Shown: positions 1-11,725, counted from the stretch's first letter. The stretch is 64,000 bases of DNA from Candidatus Woesebacteria bacterium (GCA_021208605.1 JAJOJK010000002.1:37606-101605), one strand, 5' to 3'. The notes: generated from the sequence alone by a model not told the origin. Numbers and translations: made by a program.

Positions 1-2277
<2,277 letters not shown>

Positions 2278-2283
2278 AGATCG

Positions 2284-3810
2284 TTACTCCTCTTTCGCTA
2301 TATGCCATTCAGGATGGAGTTCGTTATAGGCTTCAACCACTTTTTTGAGCGCTGTTTCGGTTTCATCGAGTAACTTCTTTTCCTTCACGATAGAAGTGTA
2401 GATGTCATCAGCCGTGTCGTGCACGTGCTGAATGAAACCACTTTCCCATTCTCGAATATGATCAACTTGAATGCCATCGAGGTAACCACGAGTGGCAGCC
2501 CAGATAACAACAATCTGCTCTTGTACGGCTAATGGAGTGTCCCATCCTTGGTTAAGGATTTTGGCGACGCGCTCACCACGTGCAAGTTGCTTTTTGGTTG
2601 CGGGATCAAGGTCAGAACTGAACTGAGAGAAGGCTTCCAGGTCACGATACTGCGCTAGCTCAAGTTTCATTGGACCAGCGACCTGTTTCATGGCCTTAAT
2701 TTGGGCCGATGAACCAACACGCGATACTGAGAGTCCTACGTTAATGGCTGGACGAACGCCAGCGTTGAAGAGGTCTGACTCGAGGTAAATCTGTCCATCA
2801 GTAATAGAAATGACATTTGTCGGAATGTATGCTGAGACGTCATTGGCTTGTGTTTCGATGATAGGCAACGCGGTGATAGAACCACCACCATGCTCTGGAT
2901 TCAAGCGACAAGCGCGTTCGAGTAAGCGGCTATGCAGGTAGAAAACATCACCTGGATACGCTTCACGACCAGATGGACGACGCAAGAGCAAAGAAACTTC
3001 GCGATACGCTTGAGCATGTTTGGAAAGATCGTCATAAATAACTAAAACGTCCTTCCCTTGCTTGAGGAAGTGCTCAGCGATAGCGGTACCAGCCATAGGA
3101 GCGAGGTACTGCTTGGCTGCTGTATCAGAGGCGCTTGCTACGACCATGACTGTGTACTTCATAGCGCCCCGCTCTTCTAAAAGAGAATGCGTCTGAGATA
3201 AGAAGCTGCGTTTTTGCCCAATGGCCACATAGACACAGATAACATCTTGATCGTGTTGATTCAGGATAGTACCGAGAGCAACTGCAGACTTTCCAGTTCC
3301 GCGGTCACCAATAATAAGCTCACGCTGACCTCTTCCAATTGGAATCATGGCATCGATGGCTTTGATACCAGTCTGAAGTGGTTCGGAAACGGATTGACGG
3401 GCCATAACACCTGGCGCAATCTTCTCCATTTCTTCATAGCCCTCAATAGAAAATTCACCTTTTCCATCGAGTGGAGTGCCTAGTGGATCAACTACACGAC
3501 CAATAAGTTCATTGGATACCGGCACAGACAAAAGACGACCAGTGCCATACACTGGTTGGCCAACTGTTATATGAGCAGCATCGCCAAGAGCAACAACACC
3601 GACAGTTTCTTCGTTCAAGTTCAGCGCAAGTCCGAGCTCTCCTCGACCGAGATCCACCAGCTCATTGGCCATGATGGAGTCTAAACCTGACACAGTGACA
3701 ACACCATCACCAAATGACTCGACTTCACCAACTAAGCGGGGCTCAGTGGTTGAAGGAAAGTTTTTCAGTTTCTTTTCAATATCGGTCAAAAAGCTACTCT
3801 TTTTTGCCAT
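2284..3810 (-). CDS. atpA: ATP synthase alpha subunit
   Basis: [17 protein letters not shown] and [21 protein letters not shown] motifs. Confidence 0.98.
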   Translation of the reverse strand: MAKKSSFLTDIEKKLKNFPSTTEPRLVGEVESFGDGVVTVSGLDSIMANELVDLGRGELGLALNLNEETVGVVALGDAAHITVGQPVYGTGRLLSVPVSNELIGRVVDPLGTPLDGKGEFSIEGYEEMEKIAPGVMARQSVSEPLQTGIKAIDAMIPIGRGQRELIIGDRGTGKSAVALGTILNQHDQDVICVYVAIGQKRSFLSQTHSLLEERGAMKYTVMVVASASDTAAKQYLAPMAGTAIAEHFLKQGKDVLVIYDDLSKHAQAYREVSLLLRRPSGREAYPGDVFYLHSRLLERACRLNPEHGGGSITALPIIETQANDVSAYIPTNVISITDGQIYLESDLFNAGVRPAINVGLSVSRVGSSAQIKAMKQVAGPMKLELAQYRDLEAFSQFSSDLDPATKKQLARGERVAKILNQGWDTPLAVQEQIVVIWAATRGYLDGIQVDHIREWESGFIQHVHDTADDIYTSIVKEKKLLDETETALKKVVEAYNELHPEWHIAKEE

Positions 3811-3825
3811 GAATATCCTTACTCG

Positions 3826-4044
3826 TTATGCGAGGTTGCGCAGTGTTTCCAGTTGGTTCAGAACCGTTGCATCATACTGTTTCGAGCCGATGGTGAGGCG
3901 AATGCCGCCAATAACAGCTGGATTCACTACTTCTTTTAGCTCGATTTCTTGTGTACCTGCTTTTGCCTGAGCTACTTGCATCACTTCTTTACGTTGTGTG
4001 GCAGTAAGTTCTACTGCTGTGGTTACTGTAACGTGCTGTGCCAT
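3826..4044 (-). CDS. atpH: ATP synthase delta subunit, short form (C-terminal domain only)
   Basis: VTVTTAVEL...VNPAVIGGIRLTIG...YDATV matches the OSCP/delta C-terminal domain; lies between atpF and atpA. Confidence 0.9.
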   Translation of the reverse strand: MAQHVTVTTAVELTATQRKEVMQVAQAKAGTQEIELKEVVNPAVIGGIRLTIGSKQYDATVLNQLETLRNLA

Positions 4045-4062
4045 ACCTGTTTTCCAATTTCG

Positions 4063-4548
4063 TTATTTCTGGGAAGCAATACTCTTCAGACCAGACTCAA
4101 TGAGTTTTGCGTGTTTCTTGGAGTCAACAGACTCGCCCAAGATATGCTCAGCAACTGTGAATACAGCGGCTTCAAACTCTTTTTGCTGCTCTTTGAGAGC
4201 CTGTGCTTTTTCTTTTTTCAGAGCTTCAAGCATCTTCTCGCGCTCATCGGCGACTTCAGCTTTTACTTCTTTCAAAAGTTCAGACTTTTTTTCTTTTGCT
4301 TCTGCGCGGGCGGCGGCGATAATGTCTTTCGCTTCCTGTTGAGCTTCTCGCTTTACTTGCTCAGCGTGTTCAGAAATTCGGCCTTTTTCTCGAAGTGCAG
4401 CTTCAGCTGCTTTTTGACCTTCGGTCACTTTTCGAGATCGTTCATCCAAAATTTTCTTAACTGGCTTGAAGAGCAAGAACGTCAACAGTCCAGCCACGAT
4501 GCCGAAGTTCAGCATCTGCAGTAAGATGGCGGTGACTTGTATTTCCAT
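4063..4548 (-). CDS. atpF: ATP synthase subunit b
   Basis: QMLNF...LFKPVKKILDER N-terminal TM followed by a coiled coil; SD AAGGAG upstream. Confidence 0.95.
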   Translation of the reverse strand: MEIQVTAILLQMLNFGIVAGLLTFLLFKPVKKILDERSRKVTEGQKAAEAALREKGRISEHAEQVKREAQQEAKDIIAAARAEAKEKKSELLKEVKAEVADEREKMLEALKKEKAQALKEQQKEFEAAVFTVAEHILGESVDSKKHAKLIESGLKSIASQK

Positions 4549-4577
4549 GCGTTCTCTCCTTTATTCTCTCGTATCTC

Positions 4578-4793
4578 TTAAGCGACAAACTTGATAATTA
4601 AAGCGACTACCAAAGCGTAAATAGCAATAGCTTCGGCAAAAGCGGCGACAAGCACCATAGCAGCTTGAATCTTGGAAGCAGCTTCTGGGTTGCGACCGAT
4701 AGACTCCAAACCTGCTTTACCAATAATGCCGATAGAAATTGCTGGGGCAATAGCACCGAGGGCGATGGTCAAGGCGACTGGTAAGTTATCCAT
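4578..4793 (-). CDS. atpE: ATP synthase subunit c
   Basis: GRNPEA loop, FAEAIAIY ion-binding Glu, two TM helices. Confidence 0.97.
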   Translation of the reverse strand: MDNLPVALTIALGAIAPAISIGIIGKAGLESIGRNPEAASKIQAAMVLVAAFAEAIAIYALVVALIIKFVA

Positions 4794-4845
4794 TTTTTCT
4801 CCTTTTTCGTTTTCTTTTCTTGTTTTGTATTATCTACTGCTGTAT

Positions 4846-5775
4846 TTAGTGATGCTCACTGGTTGCCATATTAAAGAATACGAGTGAGAGCATTGCAAAG
4901 ACATAGGCCTGGAGCCCGCCAACAAATATCTCAAATCCAATAAATGGTACTGGAATGAGAATCGGGACTAAGAATTTCATTACAGAGATGAGTACCTCGC
5001 CGGCAAAAATATTACCAAACAAACGGAAGGCAAATGAGATTACCTTGGAGAATTCAGCCAATATTTCAAGGATACCGATGAAAAATGAGATTGGATCGCT
5101 AAAGTTGAGGTATTTTTTAAAGTAGCCGAGTCCAACAAACTGAACGCCGATCACCTGTGTCATGAAGACAGAGATAATTGCCAGCGCAAGTGTCATGTTG
5201 ATGTCAGCATTCGCACCACGGAAAAGAGCGGTTGCTCCGTGCTTCTCTTCACCAGCGTGATCATCATCTGTTTCGTGATTTTCAGTTTCCAATACTGCGT
5301 GCTCTGGGTCGCCAATTTCCAGTTCGGTACCATGCTCTTCAACAGTTATTTCCTCAATAGCTTCGGAAGCATGGGCGACATCTGGATTGAGCCACTTAGG
5401 TAAGTCTGTGAATTGAACTGTTGGTTCACCGGTAAACTGAATAGTGTGAACACCAGGAACGAGTTCAAACCAGTTATTGAGTGCGATAAAAATAAGGAAA
5501 CTGCCAATGAAGGGAACAAAGACCGCAGTTTTCTTGGCAGATTGCGTAACATTATCAACTAGGCCATAAATGGAGCCCACGATAAGCTCTATAAAAGACT
5601 GGAAGCGAGATGGTCGATCAGTATCTTCGATTTTTGAGTTTGCGTAAAACAAAAAGACCGTTAGGAGGGCGGTCACAAAAAAGCTTGTAAACAAGGTGTT
5701 AGCGACTTCGACGCCGCCGATATTAAAAAGTTGTTCTGCACTAATTGCAATATGAAGTCCGCTACCGGCTGCCAT
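4846..5775 (-). CDS. atpB: ATP synthase subunit a (alternative TTG start at 5787)
   Basis: SFAFRLFGNIFAGE (essential Arg) and LQAYVFAMLS motifs; contains an acidic, His-rich insertion. Confidence 0.95.
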   Translation of the reverse strand: MAAGSGLHIAISAEQLFNIGGVEVANTLFTSFFVTALLTVFLFYANSKIEDTDRPSRFQSFIELIVGSIYGLVDNVTQSAKKTAVFVPFIGSFLIFIALNNWFELVPGVHTIQFTGEPTVQFTDLPKWLNPDVAHASEAIEEITVEEHGTELEIGDPEHAVLETENHETDDDHAGEEKHGATALFRGANADINMTLALAIISVFMTQVIGVQFVGLGYFKKYLNFSDPISFFIGILEILAEFSKVISFAFRLFGNIFAGEVLISVMKFLVPILIPVPFIGFEIFVGGLQAYVFAMLSLVFFNMATSEHH

Positions 5776-5861
5776 AGTTGTATCCAATTCTTGTGTGAGA
5801 AACCAAAAATCCAGACAAAGCTGGAATGGCTTCTTGTATTTATTTGTAATCCAACACCGGC

Positions 5862-5890
5862 ATTATCTTCACAAAATCATATTTTGGCAA
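5862..5890 (-). promoter_or_regulatory. Putative sigma70 promoter of the atp operon
   Basis: Minus strand TTGCCA-17 nt-GATAAT about 90 nt upstream of atpB; the spacer contains the inverted repeat CAAAAT-CAT-ATTTTG. Confidence 0.55.
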
Positions 5891-6013
5891 GAGGCAGTTT
5901 CTCTGGAAAAAGTTTCCCAAGACAAAAAAAATATTATTTGGTACAATAGCCGTTCACGAGTTGTGAACCAGAGGTTTGCATCTTGTTCTAGACAAGTACA
6001 ATACGTACTTCTA

Positions 6014-6085
6014 GGCCCCATCGTCTAGTGGTCTAGGACGCCAGGTTTTCATCCTGTAACCGGGGTTCGAGTCCCCGTGGGGTCA
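6014..6085 (+). tRNA. tRNA-Glu (TTC), CCA not encoded
   Basis: Acceptor GGCCCCA/TGGGGTC, anticodon arm CCAGG-TTTTCAT-CCTG, T-arm CGGGG-TTCGAGT-CCCCG. One G appears to be missing at the 3' side of the anticodon stem. Confidence 0.93.
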
Positions 6086-6086
6086 C

Positions 6087-6120
6087 AAAAAAAGAGAGAG
6101 TCATTGGCTCTCTCTTTTTT
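6087..6120. terminator. Bidirectional intrinsic terminator
   Basis: A7-GAGAGAG-TCATTGG-CTCTCTC-T6, between tRNA-Glu and a convergent ORF. Confidence 0.85.
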
Positions 6121-6153
6121 ATTTTTTAGGCAACTCACGTATGTATAGATACG

Positions 6154-6420
6154 TTATCGTTGAGTATTTTTTAGTTCGCTGATCCAGGTCAATACGTCTT
6201 CTAAAGTCATGTTGGCAGGCAATCTGTTTTTGCTAAGTTCAAGAGAGATATCATTTGCAGTAAGGCCTTTATGCAGGATATCTTCTGGCGCATCATTAAA
6301 GAGCCAGTCAATTATTTCCATTTGTTCTGGAGTAAGATCTTCATACTCAAATCTTCTTTTTTTTTTCTCTCAATTTTTTTTGTAGTTGGTGGTTTGTAGT
6401 GTCTCTGGTGATTGATTCAT
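6154..6420 (-). pseudogene. Small orphan ORF (88 codons) interrupted by one in-frame TGA
   Basis: ATG at 6420 reads MNQSPETLQTTNYKKN*EKKKRRFEYEDLTPEQMEIIDWLFNDAPEDILH...ISELKNTQR*. The TGA (6370-6372) lies between A8 and A10 runs. Confidence 0.45.
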
Positions 6421-6586
6421 AGATCTAGGAATCTTACCAGATAGAGATCATCTTTCTAGTGCAATTTATTACAAACCGTTTTGAGAATATTCATTAACAC
6501 ACTATTGCTTCGCTCATTACTGACTGATTTCAAGAAACATTCTATGTTAGGATATGCGTAGTTATAGTTGAAAAAAGAAAGATATC

Positions 6587-6694
6587 ATGCCCTTTGATAG
6601 TGAAATTTCGGAAGTAATGACTGGCGTATGGGCTCGAACTATTGATTATGATCGCAATATGCAATATGTTGAGTCCGAAGGTATCGAGGAATAA
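6587..6694 (+). CDS. Possible 35-aa acidic microprotein
   Basis: MPFDSEISEVMTGVWARTIDYDRNMQYVESEGIEE* in an otherwise intergenic AT-rich stretch; no homology recognised. Confidence 0.25.
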   Translation: MPFDSEISEVMTGVWARTIDYDRNMQYVESEGIEE

Positions 6695-6738
6695 CAAAAT
6701 AAATAGTCACAGCAATTGTTTTGCTGTATCCTGCAAGC

Positions 6739-8514
6739 ATGGCCAATATTGAAAAAGCAGCACAGCCTCGTTCCCTAGAACGGCGTAAGTTTATTGAAGC
6801 GCACGGTGACGCTGTAGCAGCTACTGAAATTCCGGTTACCGCCCAAGAACTGTACATGCAGTTTCCTGATAGAGTCCCTTCTGGAGCTGAGGTACTCAAT
6901 GCCTATGATTTTTCACTTACTTTCTTTGGACTTAATCCTGAAGAAGCGAAGTCACTGAGTCTCGCTGAAATTGATAAGAAATATTCTGTTATATTTTTAG
7001 CCAGTGGACTTATCTCAAACCCAGATCAGTGGAATAATAGTACTCATTCATTAGTTAAGAAATTGTTGAATCATCAAAATGATGCTAAAGATGATGGTAA
7101 AAAAACTGTATGTTTAGCAGTAAGTTGTCCTGGATTTGGAGGAACAGCCCTTCGAGACACAGAGAATGCTACCAAGGAAGATGTCAGCACACAGCGCTAC
7201 TCAGAGATTCTGCAAGTATTAGACGATGCATTTCAACCTGAATGTGTGATTGGACATTCAGCGGGTGGTGAAGCGGTTTTACGGTTTGCACAAGATAATC
7301 CTGACGTTCCTGTGGTGGCACTGCAGCCATCCATTTCTGAATTGTCACAAAATATTTTTCGTTTGATTGGATACATTGAGCGTTTGAAGGAACTTACTCA
7401 TTTTTTCCCACTACTCATACCGATTGCGAATCGAGTCAATATTGCTATTGTTAACTTCCTTACTGGAAAGGATTTGAGTCCTCAAGTTCTTCAAGCAAAT
7501 GAACAGACAAGAGTTCACCTTCATGAGGCTATTACGAATACCGTTGGCTATCATCTCAAGTTGCAAGAGTTGGCAGATCGCGGAGATGTGAAGCATAATC
7601 TTCCATTGAATTGTCGCATAGTGAGCGGTGACAAAGATACACTTACGACTCGAGATCACATCAAAACTTCTATTCGTAAGATTATTGAAACCTCATTTCG
7701 TTCTTTTGCTGATAACTGGCAATTGGCTTCATTGGATGAAGAAACAGAACAAGAGCTTATAGATTTCCTCTCTCAAGAAGAAGAATGGGGACATGATACT
7801 GTCTTTCTAGAGTCAGAAGCTCAAGTTATTCTTTTAGAAGTAGTGGATACAGTAATTTCACGAAAAAGAATAGAAAAGGAACAAGAAAAAAATACTACGT
7901 TACTGCGAGTTCGTGATGCTATTCAATACTTGCAGTCGATTGGTGTTCCTATTGAGGTCAATATTACTAAAAGTTCTGAAGCTCAAAAAACTGAATCCAG
8001 CTTTTCAGAGCGAGACTGGGAAGATCTCCTGAAGCGACTCAATGAAGTTATTAAAGTAAAAGTTTGGGAAATTGTTGCTACCTATATTTCTGCAATAGAT
8101 CCTGAAAAAACAAATTATCAAGAAGCGCGTGATTTTATACTGGAAAAATTTGTTTCCATACCATTCGTGAAAGATACGCTAGAGGCAAATAAACATGAAA
8201 TATATGAAACTGATGATAGAACCTATGATAGGTTCTATTTTGTTGTGAACTTGTTTTATCAAGAAACGTACGGCATTGATTTAAAACCTCGGCTTGATAC
8301 TGAGATGGACAGTCGATCGAAAGCATATAATCTTTTGAGAGAGATGCTTGGGGCGTTACACCATCAAAAAAAAGAGAAATTGATAGAGAATCGTTCGAAT
8401 GGTGGTGAGGATTTTTGGGATGACTTTATTACGCAACTGCAAAGCACCACTTCAGCACAACTTGACTTATCTTTAGAAGAATTTCTTATGATTGATAATT
8501 CACTCAATTCCTGA
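6739..8514 (+). CDS. Alpha/beta-hydrolase-fold protein with a long unknown C-terminal region
   Basis: SCPGFGGT, nucleophile elbow GHSAGG, SGDKD (Asp), WGHD (His). Start placed at ATG 6739, which has -10 TATCCT 6 nt upstream. Confidence 0.75.
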   Translation: MANIEKAAQPRSLERRKFIEAHGDAVAATEIPVTAQELYMQFPDRVPSGAEVLNAYDFSLTFFGLNPEEAKSLSLAEIDKKYSVIFLASGLISNPDQWNNSTHSLVKKLLNHQNDAKDDGKKTVCLAVSCPGFGGTALRDTENATKEDVSTQRYSEILQVLDDAFQPECVIGHSAGGEAVLRFAQDNPDVPVVALQPSISELSQNIFRLIGYIERLKELTHFFPLLIPIANRVNIAIVNFLTGKDLSPQVLQANEQTRVHLHEAITNTVGYHLKLQELADRGDVKHNLPLNCRIVSGDKDTLTTRDHIKTSIRKIIETSFRSFADNWQLASLDEETEQELIDFLSQEEEWGHDTVFLESEAQVILLEVVDTVISRKRIEKEQEKNTTLLRVRDAIQYLQSIGVPIEVNITKSSEAQKTESSFSERDWEDLLKRLNEVIKVKVWEIVATYISAIDPEKTNYQEARDFILEKFVSIPFVKDTLEANKHEIYETDDRTYDRFYFVVNLFYQETYGIDLKPRLDTEMDSRSKAYNLLREMLGALHHQKKEKLIENRSNGGEDFWDDFITQLQSTTSAQLDLSLEEFLMIDNSLNS

Positions 8515-8535
8515 GACAGCCATCAATACACAGTA

Positions 8536-9597
8536 CTATTTTAAATACGTATCAAAGAATTGGATTGTTCTTTGCATAGCTGTGTTGAAACTCTGCCCTT
8601 CAATATCATGCCCACCGGTAGAATAGAGATACAGTTCATGCTCGACGCCTTCATCTTCAAAAATTTTCGCTAAGTCGCGTGAATAACCGGGATTTACAAC
8701 AGAATCATTTTCGGCGTGGTGCAGTTGGAAAGCGGTTTCAACACCACCTAAATAATTCGTGGGATCCATTTGTTCCCAAAAGGCTGTATTTTCTGAGTAC
8801 TGGCCAAACTGCTCACGCAGTGACTGAGCACGTTCGAGTATTTCTTGCTCTGTTTTTCGTGAACGAACAAAACTGCTGTCCGAAATGCGGTACTTTTCTA
8901 GGTCGCGATAGGTAAAGCCGGCACCGGCCCAAATCACGGCCGCGGGAAATTGCTGGTTCACTGCGGCGGATCGTAGGGTGATATTGCCTGACATGCTGTG
9001 TCCCCACAAGCCAATTGCTTGCGCATTCACTCGATCATCCTGCTCTAGTGCCTTGGCCGCGTACAGTGTATCGAAAACGTATCCGGGCGAGTGATAGGCC
9101 CCTGAGGGTTCCCCTTCCGACTCACCGTGTCCCCGGTAATCAATTTTGAATACGACATAGTCAGCGCGCGCCAGGCTATCCACGTAGCTCACGTATCGCT
9201 CTGTAGTGACATATTGATCTGGTGGAATATAACCATGCAAAAAAATAATTGCTGGATATCCGTTTTCCGGCCGAGCTGACTTTGGCACTGTGAGGAGGCC
9301 ATAAATTGTGTTTCCTTCAGATTGGTAACTCGCTCGATAGCTCGTGTAGGCGGTATTTTCGCTATATACCTGTTCAATGGCTAACTCGGTCTCCCCGAGC
9401 TCGGTTTGCCTCATGCCTGCAATTGTGGCAGGATGGGGCGATATTTGTGTCTCTAGCGTGTTCATCACATTTTGGAAAACGGGACTGTTAGTTCGTTCTT
9501 CTGGAGCATCCGATGTGTTAAGAAAATTAAATGCGTCTCTTTGCCACCACCCAACGGCGGCAATAACGAGCACTCCTCCCAAAAAGAGCATGCCCAT
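8536..9597 (-). CDS. Membrane-anchored alpha/beta hydrolase (S9-peptidase-like)
   Basis: N-terminal TM, LHGYIPP, DYRGHGES, GHSMSG, HHAENDSVV, GGHD. Confidence 0.85.
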   Translation of the reverse strand: MGMLFLGGVLVIAAVGWWQRDAFNFLNTSDAPEERTNSPVFQNVMNTLETQISPHPATIAGMRQTELGETELAIEQVYSENTAYTSYRASYQSEGNTIYGLLTVPKSARPENGYPAIIFLHGYIPPDQYVTTERYVSYVDSLARADYVVFKIDYRGHGESEGEPSGAYHSPGYVFDTLYAAKALEQDDRVNAQAIGLWGHSMSGNITLRSAAVNQQFPAAVIWAGAGFTYRDLEKYRISDSSFVRSRKTEQEILERAQSLREQFGQYSENTAFWEQMDPTNYLGGVETAFQLHHAENDSVVNPGYSRDLAKIFEDEGVEHELYLYSTGGHDIEGQSFNTAMQRTIQFFDTYLK

Positions 9598-9685
9598 TTT
9601 CCAAAAGTGATGAAGACCACGAGAACTGATTCACTCTTTCAGTATAGCGAACAGACTCCCCGCTTGTGTGTGGGTTTGGTAAGTG

Positions 9686-10501
9686 TTAACGGATAAGTCC
9701 GTTTGGATACATAAGCTGGATATATCGTCTGGTCATAGGATCACCGAAACGACCGAGAACTGAAAGCACTTCCATGATCAATTGTTGATACTCTTTTAAG
9801 TGAGCGACTGGAAAAGCAATGTCTTTCTCAGTAATCAGTTCTTGGGGAGGCTTTGTCCAGTGCCAAACAATTTGGTTTTCGTTCCAATCAAAATCAAGTC
9901 GAGGATTCGCTGAGCGTACATACTCTGCTGTTTTGCTTCGAAATTCACTAGATTTCGCTTTCTTTTCCCAACTCAGAGCTCTTTCTCGACTTTCTAGTGC
10001 ACGATACTTTGCGAGCAAAGTCTGGAAGAGCATAAATCCAGAATACAACTCTTGTTCTGTAAGTGGCTGTTGAGAGCGAAGTTTTTCAATAAACTTCTGC
10101 ACTCGAGCTTCAGCTCTTGCTAGTACTTTTTGTGCATTTGCCTCATTCATACCTCTCGTTTTTAAGCTTGGGTCAAAGAAATCAGCAACTGGAAGCAAAG
10201 CTATTTCTGCAAATATGCTGGCGGGGTCAGGTAATGTTACTCCGTATCCTTCAGCTCCAGTAGGAAAAGGATCAACAGCAAGGTTCACTCTATGTCGTGT
10301 CGAGTTCCAAGCAGTAAATCCTTCAACTGAACGTGACGGTACTTTTTCAATTTCATCTCTAAGATCTCTTGGAAGTGTTAATGAGATTGGCCCGCAAATC
10401 CGTGTCCAGTATTGAGTACCTTCAACCGGAAATATAAAATCTCCACCATGCTGGATTCTCTGTGTTTCAGCCGTATTACGTGCAGTCTCTTGTGCAGACA
10501 T
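9686..10501 (-). CDS. Hypothetical protein (orphan)
   Basis: Long AT-rich ORF; ATG at 10501 preceded by AAAGGA; no recognisable motif. Confidence 0.7.
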   Translation of the reverse strand: MSAQETARNTAETQRIQHGGDFIFPVEGTQYWTRICGPISLTLPRDLRDEIEKVPSRSVEGFTAWNSTRHRVNLAVDPFPTGAEGYGVTLPDPASIFAEIALLPVADFFDPSLKTRGMNEANAQKVLARAEARVQKFIEKLRSQQPLTEQELYSGFMLFQTLLAKYRALESRERALSWEKKAKSSEFRSKTAEYVRSANPRLDFDWNENQIVWHWTKPPQELITEKDIAFPVAHLKEYQQLIMEVLSVLGRFGDPMTRRYIQLMYPNGLIR

Positions 10502-10571
10502 ACCATCCTTTCGACTCCCAAATTCTATACCCAACCGAGCACAAAAGAAACTCTGCTCACTCGAGGAAAAG

Positions 10572-10588
10572 AGGTATATAATATACCT
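10572..10588. promoter_or_regulatory. Operator-like palindrome
   Basis: AGGTATAT-A-ATATACCT, a perfect 8-bp inverted repeat overlapping a -10-like hexamer upstream of the orphan gene. Confidence 0.4.
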
Positions 10589-10647
10589 ATATGGTGCGGA
10601 AAGAAGATGCTCGTTTTCGTCCCAAAACGCGTAAGAAATCTTCTGCT

Positions 10648-11103
10648 CTACTGTAATTCAGCTGAAATTTTTGCCTGTAATTCATCTAAATCTGCATCGC
10701 TCATCTTTGGGCCTTCAACCGTTGTGAGATAGCCAACGTAGTTGGGATAGAATTCTTGATGCTTGCTCCAAATATCGGTAGCACTGCCTAATTCACCGTG
10801 CAGCGGATAGAGTTTTGCGTGCACATGCGCCACTCCGGTACCTTCAAAAACCAGTGCTACGCGCGATACGTCCAAGGCCTTCTCGAGTGCCTTGGCTACT
10901 TTTTGCGTTGCTTTCATCAGTCCAAGATAGACTTCCTCTTCGAGTTCAAAAACATAGTCGCCATGATTTACTTTCGGTATTACCACGGTGACGCCAGGCG
11001 TATTGGGAAACGGCGTTAAGAATGCGACATAGGTTTCATCTTCCCAGACTTTCCAGGTGGGAATTTCTTCGCGGATTACGAGATCGAAAAGGGTTTCTGC
11101 CAT
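10648..11103 (-). CDS. HIT family protein (variant motif)
   Basis: TLFDLVIREEIP-W-VWEDE-AFLTPFPNTPG-VVIPK; the triad reads HVHAKL. Confidence 0.88.
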   Translation of the reverse strand: MAETLFDLVIREEIPTWKVWEDETYVAFLTPFPNTPGVTVVIPKVNHGDYVFELEEEVYLGLMKATQKVAKALEKALDVSRVALVFEGTGVAHVHAKLYPLHGELGSATDIWSKHQEFYPNYVGYLTTVEGPKMSDADLDELQAKISAELQ

Positions 11104-11138
11104 AGTGTTTCTATTGTACCGTTTTTTGCTGAAGATAC

Positions 11139-11160
11139 AAAAAAGCGACCCGGAGGTCGC
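11139..11160 (-). terminator. Intrinsic terminator after the RRM gene
   Basis: Minus strand GCGACC-TCCG-GGTCGC-TTTTTT. Confidence 0.9.
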
Positions 11161-11183
11161 TCTCTTGTTGTATTTCGTTATGC

Positions 11184-11558
11184 TTAGTAGCTACGACGGT
11201 TGTCGTTAGACCAGCCACCGCGATTTCCACCACGGCCACCGCCACGGTTTCCACCACGATCACCACCAAAGGAGCGATCACGCTTCACTGGAGGCTTGGC
11301 GACGGCAACGATAATGTTGCGGCCATCAACTTCACTCTCGTGCATGGCTTCGATCGCTGCTTCAGCAGCAGATTCTTCGGTGTACTCAACAAAGGCAATA
11401 CCTTTGGAACGACCAGATTGACGGTCGGTGATGAGTTTCACAGATACGAGTTCGCCGAACTCGCTGAAGAGATCACGAAGATCTTCTTCTTTGGTGCTCC
11501 ACGGAAGATTTCCGACAAAGAGCTTTTTAGGGTTTATGCTTGTGGTCGGCTCGGCCAT
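11184..11558 (-). CDS. RRM RNA-binding protein with RGG tail
   Basis: RNP2 KLFVGNL, RNP1 SKGIAFVEY, C-terminal RGG repeats; SD GAGGAG. Confidence 0.95.
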   Translation of the reverse strand: MAEPTTSINPKKLFVGNLPWSTKEEDLRDLFSEFGELVSVKLITDRQSGRSKGIAFVEYTEESAAEAAIEAMHESEVDGRNIIVAVAKPPVKRDRSFGGDRGGNRGGGRGGNRGGWSNDNRRSY

Positions 11559-11725
11559 TACCACTCCTCTTTCTGGCTACACCAGAAATATTTTGTATTA
11601 CGTCCTGGGAAACATCGATTTCAATAAAAATTCTGTTCAATTAAGTTCGGTCCTTCTGTTCGCTACCGAATGTTCACAAGTACGCCACTAGTATAGCATC
11701 TTTTTTTGTTGTGAAAGCAGTACTT

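Noticed and set aside
4578-4793. Na+-translocating ATP synthase
   Set aside because: Subunit c has FAEAIAIY and lacks the Q...E[ST] sodium-binding signature; it is proton type.
5795-6028. ORFs upstream of atpB as atpI or a coding gene
   Set aside because: Wrong strand, overlap with tRNA-Glu or atpB, and the region is explained by divergent promoters.
6370-6372. TGA recoded as Gly (genetic code 25)
   Set aside because: Conserved long genes contain no internal TGA, and TGA ends atpG in an ATGA overlap with atpD, so code 11 fits.
11200-11270. Short tandem repeats (CCACCACG-like)
   Set aside because: They encode the RGG tail of the RRM protein; not a CRISPR or DNA repeat element.
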